Of a stretch of DNA of 64,000 nucleotides, positions 21,530 through 35,900 are shown in pieces; within the stretch, counting starts at the first letter, position 1, and every line of letters begins with the position of its first letter. A program made the translations under genes and the position numbers. The notes beneath the pieces are model-generated. The model searched no databases and was not told where the DNA came from. It saw only the letters and a program-made list of their open reading frames with translations. Source of the DNA: Fimicolochytrium jonesii (Eukaryota); contig NW_026515671.1 in NCBI RefSeq assembly GCF_025526975.1, positions 1,612,001-1,676,000 on the forward strand, read 5' to 3'.

Positions 21530-24500
21530 ATGAGCGATTTCGACCTATTGTCTCCAGTTCCTGGAGGCCCGAAATGTATGGAGCGTTTGCTTTTCTTGCA
21601 AGGTCCTACTGTGAACTGGCCTTCTTAAGCACTCTCGTACGTACTCAGGGGTCATAGGAGTCTGTGCCATGGACACCAAAGGTGCGTTGGGGAAGAATGC
21701 TTGCAGCTGGAGTCTAATCGCGTCTGTGTTGCAATTTTCTCACGGTTTCCCACGCAGCCCGGTCGAAGCCCATGCGGAATATTTTGAACCGACTTGTATC
21801 CACCGGACACTTTGAGGCTGTCATTTTTGGAGATAAGGTCATTTTGGACGAAGGTAAGTAGTCGACCGGCTCGTGAAGTAGAGACCGGCACTCGTAGACT
21901 GTGATGAACAAATTTCTGACCTCCCTTCCCAACAGCGGTTGAGAACTGGCCAAGTTGCGATTTCCTAATTTCGTTCTTCTCCAGTGGGTTTCCTTTGGAG
22001 AAGGCTATTCGATACGTCAAGCTGCGGCAGCCGTTTTGCGTGAACGATCTGCCGATGCAGCAACTATTGTGGGATCGACGTTTGGTGTTGATGATTCTCG
22101 ACAAAGTGGGCGTGCCAACACCTAGGCGATTGATCAGCCACACTGGGAACGGCCCGTTCTTGTCCGAAGACATCCTCGAGAGGTTAGACAACCTAGGCAT
22201 CAAAGTGCCCACGGATCCACAGCCACATGTCGTCCCTGAACTTATCAACAACGATACGCTCAAAGTGGGAGATCAAACTATCAAGAAGCCATTCGTGGAG
22301 AAACCAGTATCTGGGGAAGATCACAACGTCTACATATATTACTCCTCCGCGATGGGCGGAGGCGTTCGGAAACTTTTCAGGAAAGTGGGAAACAAGTCCA
22401 GCGAGTTCTGCCCGGACGTGGTGGATATCCGTCGGGATGGGTCCTACATCTACGAGGAGTTTATGAATGTGGACAACGCGGAAGATGTGAAAGTGTACAC
22501 TGTCGGTGACCGCTACACGCATGCTGAGACACGGAAATCGCCGGTGGTGGACGGCGTTGTGCGCCGTAATGCTGAGGGCAAAGAGGTCCGATACATCACG
22601 GCCCTGACGGATGAGGAAAAGGAGATGGCCAAGCGAGTCACTGTAGCGTTCGGGCAAACCGTCTGTGGATTCGATCTCTTGCGTGCGGATGGCAAGTCCT
22701 ACGTTATCGACGTGAATGGGTGGTCTTTCGTCAAGGGAAACGACGACTATTATGACAAGTGCTGCTCGACGCTCAGGCAGATTTTCTTGGAGCATACGAC
22801 GACCTTGAAGCCTGGGAAACTGAATAAGGAGCCAAGCATTGAGAACCAGTGGAAGCTCAAAGCTTTCCTTTCTGTCATGCGCCACGCTGATAGAACACCG
22901 AAGCAGAAGATGAAGGTGGGCATCATCGACTAGTTCTTTGCTGATCATCGTTGAGCATGACTAACCCACTCCCATTCTCCAGTTTGTTTTCGGTAGCAAG
23001 CCTTTTGTGGATCTGTTGAACGGGCAGGAGGGCGAAGTAGTCTTCAAAAAACTCGAACAGCTCAACAAAGTCGCCGAAGCATGCCGCATCGCCCTCGAAA
23101 CCAAATCTGAGGACGAGGCCACACTCCAACAGCTACGTGAGGTCCTTGCAGCAAAGTCTCGGTTTTCCGGTACCAAAGCACAGATCAAACCTCAGTTCAA
23201 CAAGTCGAATAAAACACTGGAAAAGGTGCAATTGATCGTCAAGTGGGGTGGAGAGTTTACACACGGTGGCCGGCATCAAACTAAGGAGATTGGGGAGAAT
23301 TATCGCAAGGATCTTATGCTCATCAACAAGGATCTGTTGGACGACGTGCAGATATACAGCAGCTCCGAGCAGCGTGTAACGGCCACCGCCGATTTCTTTG
23401 TCCGCTATTTCCTCAAACTCGACGATGTTCCCAAGAATATCATAGTGGTCAGCAAGGAGATGTTGGACGATTCGAATGCGGTGAAGGAACAGACGGAGAG
23501 CCTGAAAGGTCGAATTCAGAGGATTCTGAATGGGGAGGAGTTGACAGAGGATGGGAGCGTTGATAGTGCCGCGGCCAAATCGGCGGAGCTGGATGAGACT
23601 ATCGACATTCTGAGGAAACTGCGGAACGTGATGAGGGAGAAGTTTACCAAATTGGATGTGGATGTGATTCAAAGACGGTGGTGTTGCTCGGAAACGCCCA
23701 TGCTGTTCAAGGTTTGCTCATTCATGCTTGCAGCGAAGAGGAGACCAGGTGGCTTACGGCGTATTGGGTGTGTCGTATAGGAACGGTGGGAGAAGATGAT
23801 GAAGGACTTCTGTGACGTGGAGCGGAAATCGTTTGATCCGTCAAAGATCTCCGAGCTGTACGATTCGTTGAAGTATGATTTGATACACAAGTATGTACCG
23901 TCCTGACTCTATGTTGCCGCTGTCGCTTCCAATTTCATCGAGAATGAGTGCTGACGATGGGTTCCTCTTCTTTCCAGCCGAGATTTCTGCATGACCATTT
24001 TCGGCGCAACAGAGGGCAGCGACCTAGTCAAACAGCTTTACGCGAAATCAAAAGCCATGTTTGATTTCGTTGCGCCAAAGGAATACGGAATCGAGGTAGA
24101 CATCCAACCAGCTGTACCTCATCTCTCAACACGAACGCGAAAAAGGACTCACCCTTTCCCCCAAATCAGAACGAAGAAAAGCTCGAAATCGGCGTCCTCT
24201 CCTCCGTTGCCCTCCTCCGCCAGCTCGTTGCCGACCTCCAACTCGCCCGCTCGAGCCCCAAACCCAGCGCGCGTTTCTACTTTACAAAAGAGTCCAAAAT
24301 CATCGCTTTACTGAACATCGTTCTCCTCTGCGGCCTGCCCACCCGCATAGGAAAAGTCGACGAGCTCGATTACCTCACCCAAATCACGTTTGAGCTCTAT
24401 GAACGTGCACGCGGACTCGGGACTGAGGATGACGAACAGTTGGCGAGGGAGTATAGTCTAAGGATTGGGTTCAGCCAGGGAGCGCATCATGCCGAGCTTG

Positions 24501-24634
24501 TGGATCTGCATTTGGATAGTAAGCATTCGTTGAGTGTGGCGCCGAGGATATGGATTAGCGATCATGTTAGTTTGGATGAGGCGTTGGGATACCTTACGCC
24601 GAGGATGAATGGGAGCCCGGTGCCGCCTAAGTAG
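21530..24634 (+). CDS. VIP1: Inositol hexakisphosphate/diphosphoinositol pentakisphosphate kinase (Vip1/Asp1/PPIP5K), multi-exon
   Basis: [21 protein letters not shown]-grasp kinase motifs [30 protein letters not shown] and [11 protein letters not shown]; His-phosphatase motif [12 protein letters not shown]. Confidence 0.95.
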
Positions 24635-25187
24635 AGATAGGATTTTTCATAGAGCCATGTAGAGCAGAAACTTCGAGGTCAACACTGCACATTGATGCCG
24701 TTGTATTTCCGTCGTCGATGTTTCATTTTGTGCGTTCATCACCCTTCATATAACACTTTAATACACCTATGTAGACAGAGCGAGATGTCCGGTGCGATGA
24801 ATATGCACATGCAGTTTATATGTGCGTCGCTGATACTCTGTTTCTGTCTATGTGTCCCTCGTGTCCTTTTCTCGTACGGAAAAGGCGGATCTTCATATCC
24901 GGGGCTTGGGACAATTTGCGGCGCGAGGCGTTCGATTCCGTTCCATTTTGGACTTTTTCGGCGGAAGGGCAAGAAGGGAGAGGACACGGACAGGGTCATT
25001 TAGGCTGCGGATTCACACTCGCTCACCCTCACCTCACCTCACACACCTCATATCTACGGCGAGGGCCACTCACTCAACCCTGTACGACGTCTCCGTTTGC
25101 GAAGAACGTCCGACTCACCTTCACCTCACATTTGAGTTCTTGAGATCAGCAATCATCACCACCCCGAAACTACGAAGTAACATAGCC

Positions 25188-26433
25188 ATGGCAGTACGAC
25201 TCCTGCGGCGGATACCGCTCTATCTGGCCATCTTGGCTACAGCAGCCCTGCTTGTGTCTGCTGAAGAAGTGGAGGAAGAGCCGCCGTTCACATTGTTTGC
25301 GTACTCGTTATCTGCGCCATATATAGGTATGCAAATCATCAGTACTTGCAGAGCCAGGAGAGGCAAGGCGGAATGCTGATAGGATACTTTCGTTTCGGCA
25401 GAGGAGCAATTGCAAAACCGGTGGTGGGATTTTGGCGGCGACACCATCATGGAAGTCAACAACTACATCCGCCTAACCCCCGACCGCGGCTCCAAAGCTG
25501 GCTACCTTTGGGCCAAGCATCCCTTCACAACCAAATCCTGGATGACCGAGTTCGAGTTCAAAGTCCACAGTACCACATCCGGGCTGCACGGGGACGGATT
25601 CGCTTTCTGGTACACGTCCGAAAAAAACACTCGCGGCCCCGTGTTTGGGTCCAAGGACAAGTTCTCCGGGCTCGGCGTGTTCTTCGACACCTTCAACAAC
25701 GGCCGGCACGCGCTACCCTTCCCACGGGTGAACGCCATGGTCGGCGACGGCAAGACAGCGTACGACTACAAGGACGGTGTGACGGGCCAGGTGGGCAGCT
25801 GCGAGCTGGATTTTAGGAACAAGGAGGATCCGACGTGGGCGAGGGTCAAGTATGTGCAAGAGACGAAGCGGCTGCAGGTGTGGTCGAATGCGGGGAATGC
25901 GGGGAGGAGGGATGAGGATTTCAAGCTGTGCTTTCAGGCGGATAACGTGGTGTTGCCGCCGTCGGGGTATATTGGGTTCTCGGCGCATACGGGAGGGGTG
26001 AGCGATAATCATGATATTATCAGTGTGAAGACGCAGGCTATCACTGTCGTAAGTATCCGTTCGTGTATGCCTTGCGTTTGCGAGGGAAGAAGGGGGAGTC
26101 TTCAGCTTGCGGAAATCACCGCCGTTGCAAGATGTTCCCTCTATCATCCCATCCTACAATTACCATAAACTAACCCCCCTCCTAATTACTCAGCGCACCA
26201 AACCCAACTCCGCCTCCTCCAATCAAGACACTGCCAAAGGCCCCTCCGCCGAAAAAGTCCCCACCTACTACGCCGACAGCAAAATGGACTCCACGAAAGC
26301 AACGAGTAAGAGCAGCAGCGGGTTCGTCGAGTTCCTCAAAGTCCTCTTTGGGCTCGCTGCGCTGGGCGCGGTGTGTACCGGCGCGTGGATGTATGCGCAA
26401 CGGCAGCAGGAGCGGTCTTTCAAGCGGTTCTGA
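25188..26433 (+). CDS. L-type lectin cargo receptor (VIP36/LMAN2/Emp46-47-like), multi-exon
   Basis: Signal peptide, WWDFGGDT, IRLTPDR, GDGFAFW, FSGLGVFFDTFNN, GYIGFSAHTGGVSDNHDI, then a C-terminal TM segment and a KRF tail. Confidence 0.9.
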
Positions 26434-28184
26434 GGTGAAACACGAGACCTTCGTGTCGTGGACGGGGAAACCAAGGAGATGGGGATTAGTGGTAGTCGAA
26501 TGAGGCGTAGGAGCAAGGTGGCACGGGTCCATCTTGAAACGGTAGAACGAGATCTGTGAATAGCGGCTGATTCGTCTAGAAGCTGTTCCCTCCGAGGGAA
26601 GAGGGAATATGGGCTATCGAAAATCACTCATAGGTTAGATTATTTCCCATCATATTTCATTCAACCCGAATTCCCATCATTGTACATCATTTGAATTCGC
26701 GTCCCCGTTTTCGTTGGTGGTTTTTGGCGTAGCCTCCAGAGCCATATCTTTTTGATGAACCCTTTACCTCTGAATCTCTGAGCCACCCTACTTCTGCTGT
26801 ACAGAGCCCAACCCCAGCATTTCTCGTCATCGGGAAACCTGCAGAGCAGCTTAGTCATATAGTGCAGACAAACCTTTATCTGAACGATTGCCCCGCGTCC
26901 ATCCCGGCCAACGCACTCAGTGCAGGCGCGGACGTTGGGAGATCGAACCCCAGATGCGTAAGATGAAATTTATTTTGTCTTTCGCGACTGCAATCCAAAA
27001 ATGATGAACTTCGTATCACTCAGCTCACCTCGAGTTCGGGCGGTTTAACAATCCGCTCCATGAGATAAATAGTGTTCTGATCCCGGATTCCTTTGTTTTG
27101 CTTTCGCACGGAGGGATGAATGTTTCTCTGGGCGTAGGGGCTCTCTGGGTGTACCTAGACAAAGCGTCGAGCCTCGCCTTCTCCTTCCATTTTAAAGGAG
27201 AAATCTCAGCTGATATTTTCGACGATGTCCCTTGCTTTTGAAAAGTGCGTGATCTTACAACCCAGGGGCAATCGCGGATTTTCAACACCCGATGACCTGA
27301 AAACCCAGGGGCAGCAAGTCTACGCCACGCTCTCTCAACACGTTGCGCTTACGCGTTGTGGCAAGGAACGCGTGCATAAGCAACACGTCGCAAGAAGCGA
27401 ACCGTTATTATTGGGGCCTGAACTCGAACGGAGGCGACATCCGGCTCTGCATGTTTTCCCTCGAGTCGCCTTCCGTCTCATTGCTTCTCGACAAGTATAA
27501 CAAGACCCACCTTCTCTCATCTGCCCTGTCAATTTGTCAATTTCTTCTCCAGGATGTCTGTTCCCGCTCCCTCTAAGGCTCCGAAGTTGGACGCACAAAC
27601 CAGTAACCCATCCGTAACCTCTCTCTTCATCTTCCCCTCTCGCTTGGCTTGGAAGATAGCCGCGCGAGATTCTCGCCGATGGTTCACGCGTGAAGGGCAG
27701 ACAGGAACTATACACCATCATCCCAGAGCCTTTCTAACTTCACCAGCCCAAGGTAACTATCATAACCCACTCTCCGCCAATCTCAGCTCCCTCGTCTTTT
27801 CATGCTCTCGTTCTCCGGTTTTGCGATGTTATCTTCGACATCACTTGGGTATCGTCGCCCACGTAAAACGCGTGGGAATCCGACCGCTTGGGTCCGGAGG
27901 CAGTTGAGGGAGGGAGACGGGGAGCCCATATGCCCCGCCCCCTGCAGCATCGGCGATATGTCGGCGCGGGCTACGGGGCCCTGCTCATCACGCGTTCACT
28001 CGTGAAGAGGGTCGCGTGCGGTGCGGGGCAATGGTCGGCACGATTCGTCCAAGTGCATGAGTAGACCTTGGAGGAGATTGGCAATCTCGCCCCCTATCGC
28101 CCCAACCATCGTCTCCCACGTCTAGACTTCCCACCACTTCGTCAAACATCCTCCGTCGCACTGGGTAATCGCATTCACCACCAA

Positions 28185-28787
28185 ATGCCAACCATCCCAA
28201 TGTCGCCGACCCACGCGAACCTCCAAATCCACCCCCTCACCCGCCAGCACCACCCCCAAATCCCCCTCCTCGCGCACACAGTCCAGCACCACCTAACCCA
28301 CACCCGCCACTCCCTCCAACACCTCCGTGCCGAATTCCTTCGTGGCGACTTTACGGAGGCCAATGCGCCGCACGGACGGAGGGTGTGGGTTTTGCTTGAC
28401 AGTAGTGGGAGCCACGAGGGTGATGACGGTGATGGGCAAGTGGCAGGCATGGTCTGCATCGACCCCCTCGCCCCCTCCCTCCGCTCGACATGGGGCGTCC
28501 CCAAAACGGAGGAGGCGTGGATGCTCCATTCGCTCATGATCCAACCGGAATTGCAGGGTGGGGGTCGGGGTATTGGGGGTTGGTTTCTGGGGAGTGTTTT
28601 GGAACGGGTAAAAAGTGATGATGATGTATCCGCACGACCACGAACAAGACTTTTCCTGGACTGCTGGGCAGGCAACGCGTCCCTCCGTGCGTTCTACGAG
28701 CGGGCAGGATGGACGTTGTGGGGGATTTTCAGAGAAAGGGAGGGTGCGGAGGAGTGGGATGTGAGTGTTTATGGTACGTGGGTGTGA
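28185..28787 (+). CDS. GNAT-family acetyltransferase, intronless
   Basis: Acetyl-CoA motif A LHSLMIQPELQGGGRGIG and motif B LFLDCWAGNASLRAFYERAGW. Confidence 0.8.
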   Translation: MPTIPMSPTHANLQIHPLTRQHHPQIPLLAHTVQHHLTHTRHSLQHLRAEFLRGDFTEANAPHGRRVWVLLDSSGSHEGDDGDGQVAGMVCIDPLAPSLRSTWGVPKTEEAWMLHSLMIQPELQGGGRGIGGWFLGSVLERVKSDDDVSARPRTRLFLDCWAGNASLRAFYERAGWTLWGIFREREGAEEWDVSVYGTWV

Positions 28788-29250
28788 TTCTGGGACATGC
28801 ATATTTTACATTCCAAATGATGACTTTAGGGGGGATGTGTAATGTGCGGTAAATACATAGCGTATGTCACGAATAAGATAACCATAACGAGTTCGCCGGA
28901 CTGAGGGGTGGGAACTATGTACATGCCGTGCCGATGGAGAGGCGAGGGGCTGGGCGTGCTTCCATTCATTCCGATGGCGAATTCCTCCAAGCATCATGCG
29001 GGGCCAGGTATCATGCGAAGCCTGCTATGTCATCGTCGTCCTCAGCCTGATCCTCGTCACTTTCACCGTCATGGCTCTCAATCTCCCCGTCACCGTCACC
29101 GCCGTTGGGACCGCCACCGTCAAGGTCCCACCCAGCAAACGGCCTTAGTCGTCCAACCGCCGCTCTGTTGTTTCGTATCAAGAGAATAGTAGATGCGGTG
29201 AGCTCCGATACCCAGCAATACCACACACACAAACGAACAACAAATATTTC

Positions 29251-31611
29251 TCACCTAAACCCCGCCATCCAATCCGCTTCCGGCACCTGCCCCGGTCCGT
29301 TGCCCAACTGAAACTGCCCCCGTCCCCTGCCCGCCGTCAGCCGCCCATCTCTTTCCTCATAATACCACTCGTCCTCCCAATCCCCCTCCTCATTCTCCTC
29401 CTCCTCCAACCCGTTGCCCGGATCTAGATCCCCGAGATCATCCCCATCCCCATCCCCATCCCCCCGTCGCAGTCGTCTTATCTGATCCGCGAGGGCCGCG
29501 AGCGCTGTCCTGAGACCGCCGCCGGCTGCGGTCACGGGGTTGGTGAAGTCGAGGGAGAGGCCCGTGGGTGCGCGGGAGGTGGTGCTTGGTGGAGGAAGCG
29601 GGTCGTGGGATTGGAGGTCGGTTGAGGCGAGCGTGCGGGGGAGGGCGGAGGTTATGTTTGGGAAGTCTGCGAAAGTCACACCGGGGGTGAGTATTGTGTG
29701 AGTGGGATGGCGGTGGGAGATGAAGATACGGGTTGGTGGAAGCATGACATACCCGAAATGAAAATATGCCTCGACAAATTCCTCGGCACCTCCCCTTCCC
29801 CAACCCCGCTCCCCCGCTCCCCGCCTTCCGCCAGCACAGATTTCACACCCTCCCTCAACCACGCCAACACCTCAGGGACCTTCCACATCGAATGCGCGCG
29901 CTCGACATACAATTCCACCTGTAACCGCAACGCCAAGGAGTCAGTCTCGTCGACGAAGAAGGGCGTGTCGGGGGTTACGCCGGCGACGCTGGAGCCGCAT
30001 TTGTCGAGGAGGAGGGGGATGAGGGTTGGGAAGGTGCGGATGGCTGTGTGGAGGAGGGTTGTGCTTTCTGCGTGTAATGATGAAGAAGACGATTTGTGGT
30101 TTTTGGCCTCGACGGCCCATTTGGCGAGTGCGAGGCTGTACGCGTGGTTCGGATAGTCGAGCAGTCCCAGGGACTCTTGATAAGCGTCTACGAAGCGGAG
30201 GTACCATTCCTCCTCCTTCGCGTTCAGCGCATACGCGTCGATGCTGTACAGCGTTCCAAGCGGGTCGGCGTCAATATCGAGCGCCAGGAGGAACTTCGCA
30301 AACTCGAACGAGGTCCGCCAGCACCCGCGACGCGCGAGGTATCCGATATGTCTAAACAGGGCCAAATGGAACGCTCTATTCTCAAACCGCTGGTAGGGCA
30401 GCCGCGCGAGGCCCGTGGCGGCATTGAACATGGAATGAAACGCGCGTTCAAACGCATACAGCGCGCGTTCGACGAGTTCAGCGGCCATAGCGATATCCCC
30501 GCCGTGTTTTGCAATCTCGCTGAGCTGGAGGAGGGTGTCAATGTGGTACGGGTACATCTGCAGCAGGTTCTGAATGGTGTTTGGGTCGTGGGTGTTGACG
30601 CACTGGATGAAGACGTGCTGGATCTCCTGGTACGCGCGGGAATGGACGAAGGTGAAGTAGAGGGTGCCGTCGTCGGCGGTGGATTCGAGTTCCATGGTCA
30701 GGCCGAGTTTGTCGGGTTTGGGCCAGTGTTCGCGGGGGACGGCTAGGGCGGTGCGTTTGGCGCTGCGGATGTACTTTTTGCGCCGGATTTCGTCGTTGAC
30801 GACCCGGGAGCCGAACATTTTACGCATTTCGGCATCGGCGTCGAGCCAGCGGGGGTCGATGGATAGGAGGTCGCGGCGGGCGGAGTCGGTGTTGTTGGGG
30901 TTAGTAGGTTCTGTGGATGTTGGCGTTAAGATGTCGCCGAACCTGGTTGAAATCGGGATTCGTCAGTCTTGTACTCATCGTCGACCGGCCTTCCCAGTCA
31001 GCATTGCCCTCTCCCGTTCGCAACGCAACTCACTTTTCATTCAACTCCCTCAGCGTCCGATCAATCTCATCCATCCCGTCCTCAACAGCCTTCCCCTTCC
31101 CCTTCCCCTTTCCTTCATTCTCCACCACGACCTCCTTCCCTCCACCCTTCCCCTTCTTCTTGTTCTTTTTCTTCTTCGATTTCCTCTTTGCTGCTGGCTT
31201 GCCTATCCGCTCCTCCTCCTCGTCATCCTCAGCGTCGTCTTCGTCATTGTCTTGCCCATTGACGGTGGCTGCTGCTGTTGTTGTGGCGGCCTTGAGTCCC
31301 TTTGCGGTATCTGAGTCTGCCCCCTCTTCGTCGCTTTCATCGCTATCAACGTCATCGCCACCCAACTGCCATGGAAGTGTTGACTGTTGTCAGCAACACA
31401 TAAGAGATCACTCCTGAGAATCCTCCCCTCAACTCACCAAAGCAAACAAACTCTGCTGTCCACCCGCCGGATGCTGACTATCACCCTCTCCCTCCTCGTC
31501 GGTGGTGACTTCGTTGTCGGGGTTGAGGCTGTTGGTGTTCTGTTTCGGTTGGACGGCTAGCGGGACGAGACCGTCGCGTTCTCGCATGAGCTTGCGGTAG
31601 GCTCGGGACAT
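29251..31611 (-). CDS. RQC1: Ribosome quality control protein Rqc1 / TCF25 (Nulp1), multi-exon
   Basis: MSRAYRKL start, LDADAEMRKMFGSRVV, YPYHIDTLLQLSE, ENRAFHLALFRHI..LARRGCWRTSFEFAKFLLALD..DPLG and DPLPP. Confidence 0.92.
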
Positions 31612-32954
31612 CTTGAAGAGACGGGTTCTTGGAATGGGAGCGACTTGGGAGGGGTGCGCTGCTTATGAAACTGTGAGGGGAAGTGGCTGTTGTGGCTGGG
31701 TTGAGTTCCGGATATGTGGATAATAATGCGTTTGTTTGCGAGAGTTGCGAGGGTCGCAATTGCGAAAACAACGTCGGACTTGGCCACCAGCGCCCGCCGC
31801 CTCTTCTTCTTCCGTGGCTGTCCAACAAGCCAACCAACAAACAAACCGCAACCATACTCTACTATGATACTATGATGTTCATCAACGCAGCTGGGAACTG
31901 GCTCAATGTCAATGTCCTTCACCGAAAGTTTGATTTGAAGGTCAACTGATTCAAGTCTCTATATCTATCCCATCATACTGTTCCTTGAACTGGGCTTCCT
32001 TCTACCTCGATTCGAATGATTACGCTTGTTTCTTCCCGCATCTCGACTATAAGCGCCTAGTAATCCTGCGATAGCCCCTTCCTTTCTCCTTGAGCGCTTT
32101 CTTGACAGAATGTCCGCACTCTCAACGGCTCCTGTCTCATCTCGGGGACGGGGGGACTTTCTGTGGATGTCGATTTCAGGTGGTCCTTGCTTATGAGCGC
32201 GTGAAGGTGCCCCTCTCTTTTCCCTTCCGCTTCGTAGGACGTCCGCTGGTACACTACCATTCATGGTATTGTAGGACTTCGGACAAGACCAGGCACGTCT
32301 AAGCGACTCAGGACAATTGATCGAGAAAAGAGTAGAACGCCTTAGCGTATCTGGACTCTAAATATCTCTGTCGCATCTGTGCAAGACGATTACGACATGG
32401 TTGGGAGGTAGCGCCCTAAGCTTCTAACAATGACAATTTCGCGCTCCATTCGCTTGTGAGGTAGGTGGATAGCTGGACACGTGTGGTATTCCCCATCTTC
32501 GCCAGGGCTGAGTGCTGGAGCGTGATGCCTGTAAATGCCCTGTCCTTTGCCCCATTCCGACATCCCGGGAGGTAACTGGAGAAGTGACGTACTGAGACGG
32601 CGTGCATGTACAGGATAGGTGCAGGAGCGGCATAGCCCGATCCCAGGCAGCGTTCCCATATGTGTATAGTGTGCATGCGAGGCACATTACAGTGTGTCCG
32701 AGAGCTTTGGCGAGGGAGACGCGTGATGCTGCTGCTTCTCTTCCGTCCCCTTGCGAATGCGAAGTCCCTTTTTGGTGTTGTGAAAGGCATTCCCACGTTG
32801 GTAGATCTAACGCCACCAGCAACTGGCGCTCAGCTGATGAACAACCTCAGCTCAGACAGATACCCTGCACCCCCGTGGGTATAGATAAGAAGTACTCCTA
32901 CGCAGTCCTCGTCGCAAAGTGCAGTCCCAACGCTCTTCCAGGAACCGCACCAGA

Positions 32955-35900
32955 ATGCTGGCGGACCCGGCTGTCCTGCCCCCAGGCTCAGCAACAGCGG
33001 CGGCGGCTGCGGCCATCCAGCAGCAGCAGCACAGCAAAGATCACAGCAAAGAAGCTCCTCCTCCAAGCCGCAGAGGCGTATCAGAAGCTGCCCAAGGCGA
33101 ACGAGCCGTCCGTCGCCAGCAACGCGGGCGCTTCCTCGCCTTTGTCGAAGAAGAGACTAGCAAACACATGGAAAAGCGAGTCCGGAATCTGGTCAATGAC
33201 GAGCTCGTCCGGCGATGCGGCGCCGCCCTCCTTGTCTCCGCAACCCATGCCATGGCCATTGACACACTCTGGCAGCACGTCGACACCGCCAACGATCTCG
33301 CAGAGACGCAGGACAATCTTCTTGCACAGGCTGTCGAGTTCGTGAGAAGTTACGTCAAGAATGCTATCCTGGACAAGTTATCCTGGTCGGACGAGGCTAC
33401 GCGATTGCAGGAACAGGAAGCGCTCGTCCATCGTGATGTGAGCGCTCTGATTGAGCGACAGATGCGGTCCATGGACATCCATCGGTTTTTCAAGTCTAGG
33501 GAGTTGGTCGTCATTGAATATGAGAAGGAGCTGTGGAGGTTTGAGATGTCGACAAAGGAGCCCCCTGAGATGATGTTGGAACCGGGGATTCCCGCGGAGT
33601 GCCTCGATACGCCTGGGAAAGCGCAGGTTGTCGTAACGGAAGAGCACATCACGTTGGAAGTGACGCTTGACGAGACTCAGCAGGGTGGTGAGGAGAAAAT
33701 GGTCGAGAAATCTGCCGCCGACACCGCAGCAGCTGAAGAAGAACCGAAAAAGAAACCCAAGAAATCGAAAAAGAAAATGGCAAAGCTCAGAAAAAGGATG
33801 CTTAAATTCAGCGAACGCGTCCTCCAAAAAGCCATCGTCGTCACCGAAGACTACTGCAAAGTTGCCCGCTGCGTCCAACAGATCCAGGTCGAAGCCGCCA
33901 AACACACCGAAGAAGGTCAATTCGTCGGATCACCCCTGCTAGGCGTCGAACGCCCCGACGAACTCTCCACAATGACCTGCACCATCCTTGGCATGGAGTT
34001 CCGCAAACTCTACCAAACCTTCGAACCCTCCCAACGCGTCCAACAAGACCGCAAAAGAGTCCAAGAAAATATGCAGTTCATCGTCGACAGAGCCTACCGC
34101 GGCCACGTCAAGATACACGTGGAGCTCTTCGGCTCCTCAATCAACAATCTCGGCTTCTCAACCTCCGACGTCGATATCTGTCTCCGCATCCCGCAGTCCC
34201 ACGGGTTGGATGAGGACGAGTTTGCGCGACTCACCAACATGTTCCGTCTTGCGAATATCCTGAGGAGGTTTGGGATGCAAGATGTGCGGCCGGTCGCGTC
34301 GGCTAGGGTGCCGATCTGCAAGTTTGTGCATCCGGAGACGGGGTTGCAGTGTGATGCGAATTTTGGGAATGAGTTGGGGGTTAAGAATTCATTGCTTTTG
34401 AGGACGTATACGTTGATTGATCCGAGGGTTAGGCCTTTGGTTATGTTGGTGAAGAATTGGGCGAAGAATAGGGATCTTAATGATGCTGCTGATGGAGGTA
34501 TGGATCGGAATTCCCATCTTCTTGTGGCTGTTGTCATCTCACTTTCCTTGGGCTCACTCAAAAGTAACACCACCATTTCACGCATTTCACAGGAACGATC
34601 ACCTCCTACGCCTACTCGCTGATGGTCCTCAACTTTCTTCAAATCCGCGGCATCATCCCGTCGTTGCAAGAGCTTTACGAGGATCCTGTCCGCCAGACTC
34701 TCGAAGTTCTTCTACCCATCCCGGTCCCACGCATGCGCCGCAGAAGGGGTGGGAACGACCAGAAGAAGAAACAGCAGGGCAATGGACTTGCCGCGGCGGA
34801 AGAAAAGGAAAAGCACAAAGGAGCGAAGCCGGTGGATGATGGGAAGAAGGCTGGTGATGACAAAGAAAACGAATCCGACGACGAAGAAGAGGCCAGTGAC
34901 GACGACGCATCGGAACCCGAAACCGGAGACACCACCACCCTGCCCCCCAAACGCCGCTTCACCGTCGACGTCTCCTTCATCTCCACCCCCACGCACCCCT
35001 CCCTTGCCCCCTACCATGCGCACTCCAAAACCCTCACCCCGCACGACATCTGGTGCGGCCCCTCCGGAATCGCCGCCCTGTTCCACGCCTTCATGACCTA
35101 CTACGCCTGGGACTACCGCTTCCGCCACGACCAGGTCGTCTCAGTGCGCACCGCCCGCGTTATGAGGGAACTCACACCGGAATTGATGGGGACGTGTCGG
35201 AAGAGTATGGGCATGGCGCTGGTGGTTGAGGACCCGTTTCAGTTGGATCGGAATTGTACGGGGAGCTTGAAACATCCCGGGGTGCTGGTGAGGGAGATGA
35301 GGAGGGCGTTGATGATTATGGGGCGGGTTGCTGCTGGCGCCGCGGAAGAACCTATCATCAAAACCCCCGCTGTTGTCAAGTCTACACCGATGACACCCAC
35401 CGAGCTAATGGAATCCCACCCCCGCCTCCTGAACATGCAACCCCTCGGCGTCGCGACCGCCGTCCGCACCCTGATGGAAGAGACCGCGTACGTGCTGCAG
35501 AAGAAGGAGGATGCGGCGGCCGCGGGGTTGGAGTACGCGCATCGGGCGAGTCGGAATACCGTATTCCGCCCTGTTATTGCCGATGGTGGTGCGGATGGGG
35601 GTGGCCTTAGAGGCGGACGGGGCGGCTATCGGGGCCGGGGAGGGTTTGGGGGGCGAGGCGGTGGGTTGGCGCATGGACCGCCGTCTGGCGGTTATGGGAA
35701 TGGGAATGCGCGACAACAGCAATCGCCGCCGATGGCGAATGCGTTCCCGCCGTTACCGGATGTGAAACGTGCGCCTGGGACTGGGAATGCGAGTGCGAGG
35801 ATGGATACCGGGCGGGGGAGGAACACTGGAAGTGGTGGCAGAGGGTATCACAGCGCCGGTGGAAGAGGCGGCGGACGAAGCGGAGCGACACATACCCAAC

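Noticed and set aside
26925..26960. tRNA T-arm-like sequence GGGGTTCGATCTCCCA on the minus strand
   Set aside because: No matching acceptor stem, D-arm or properly spaced anticodon arm, and C61 is not conserved.
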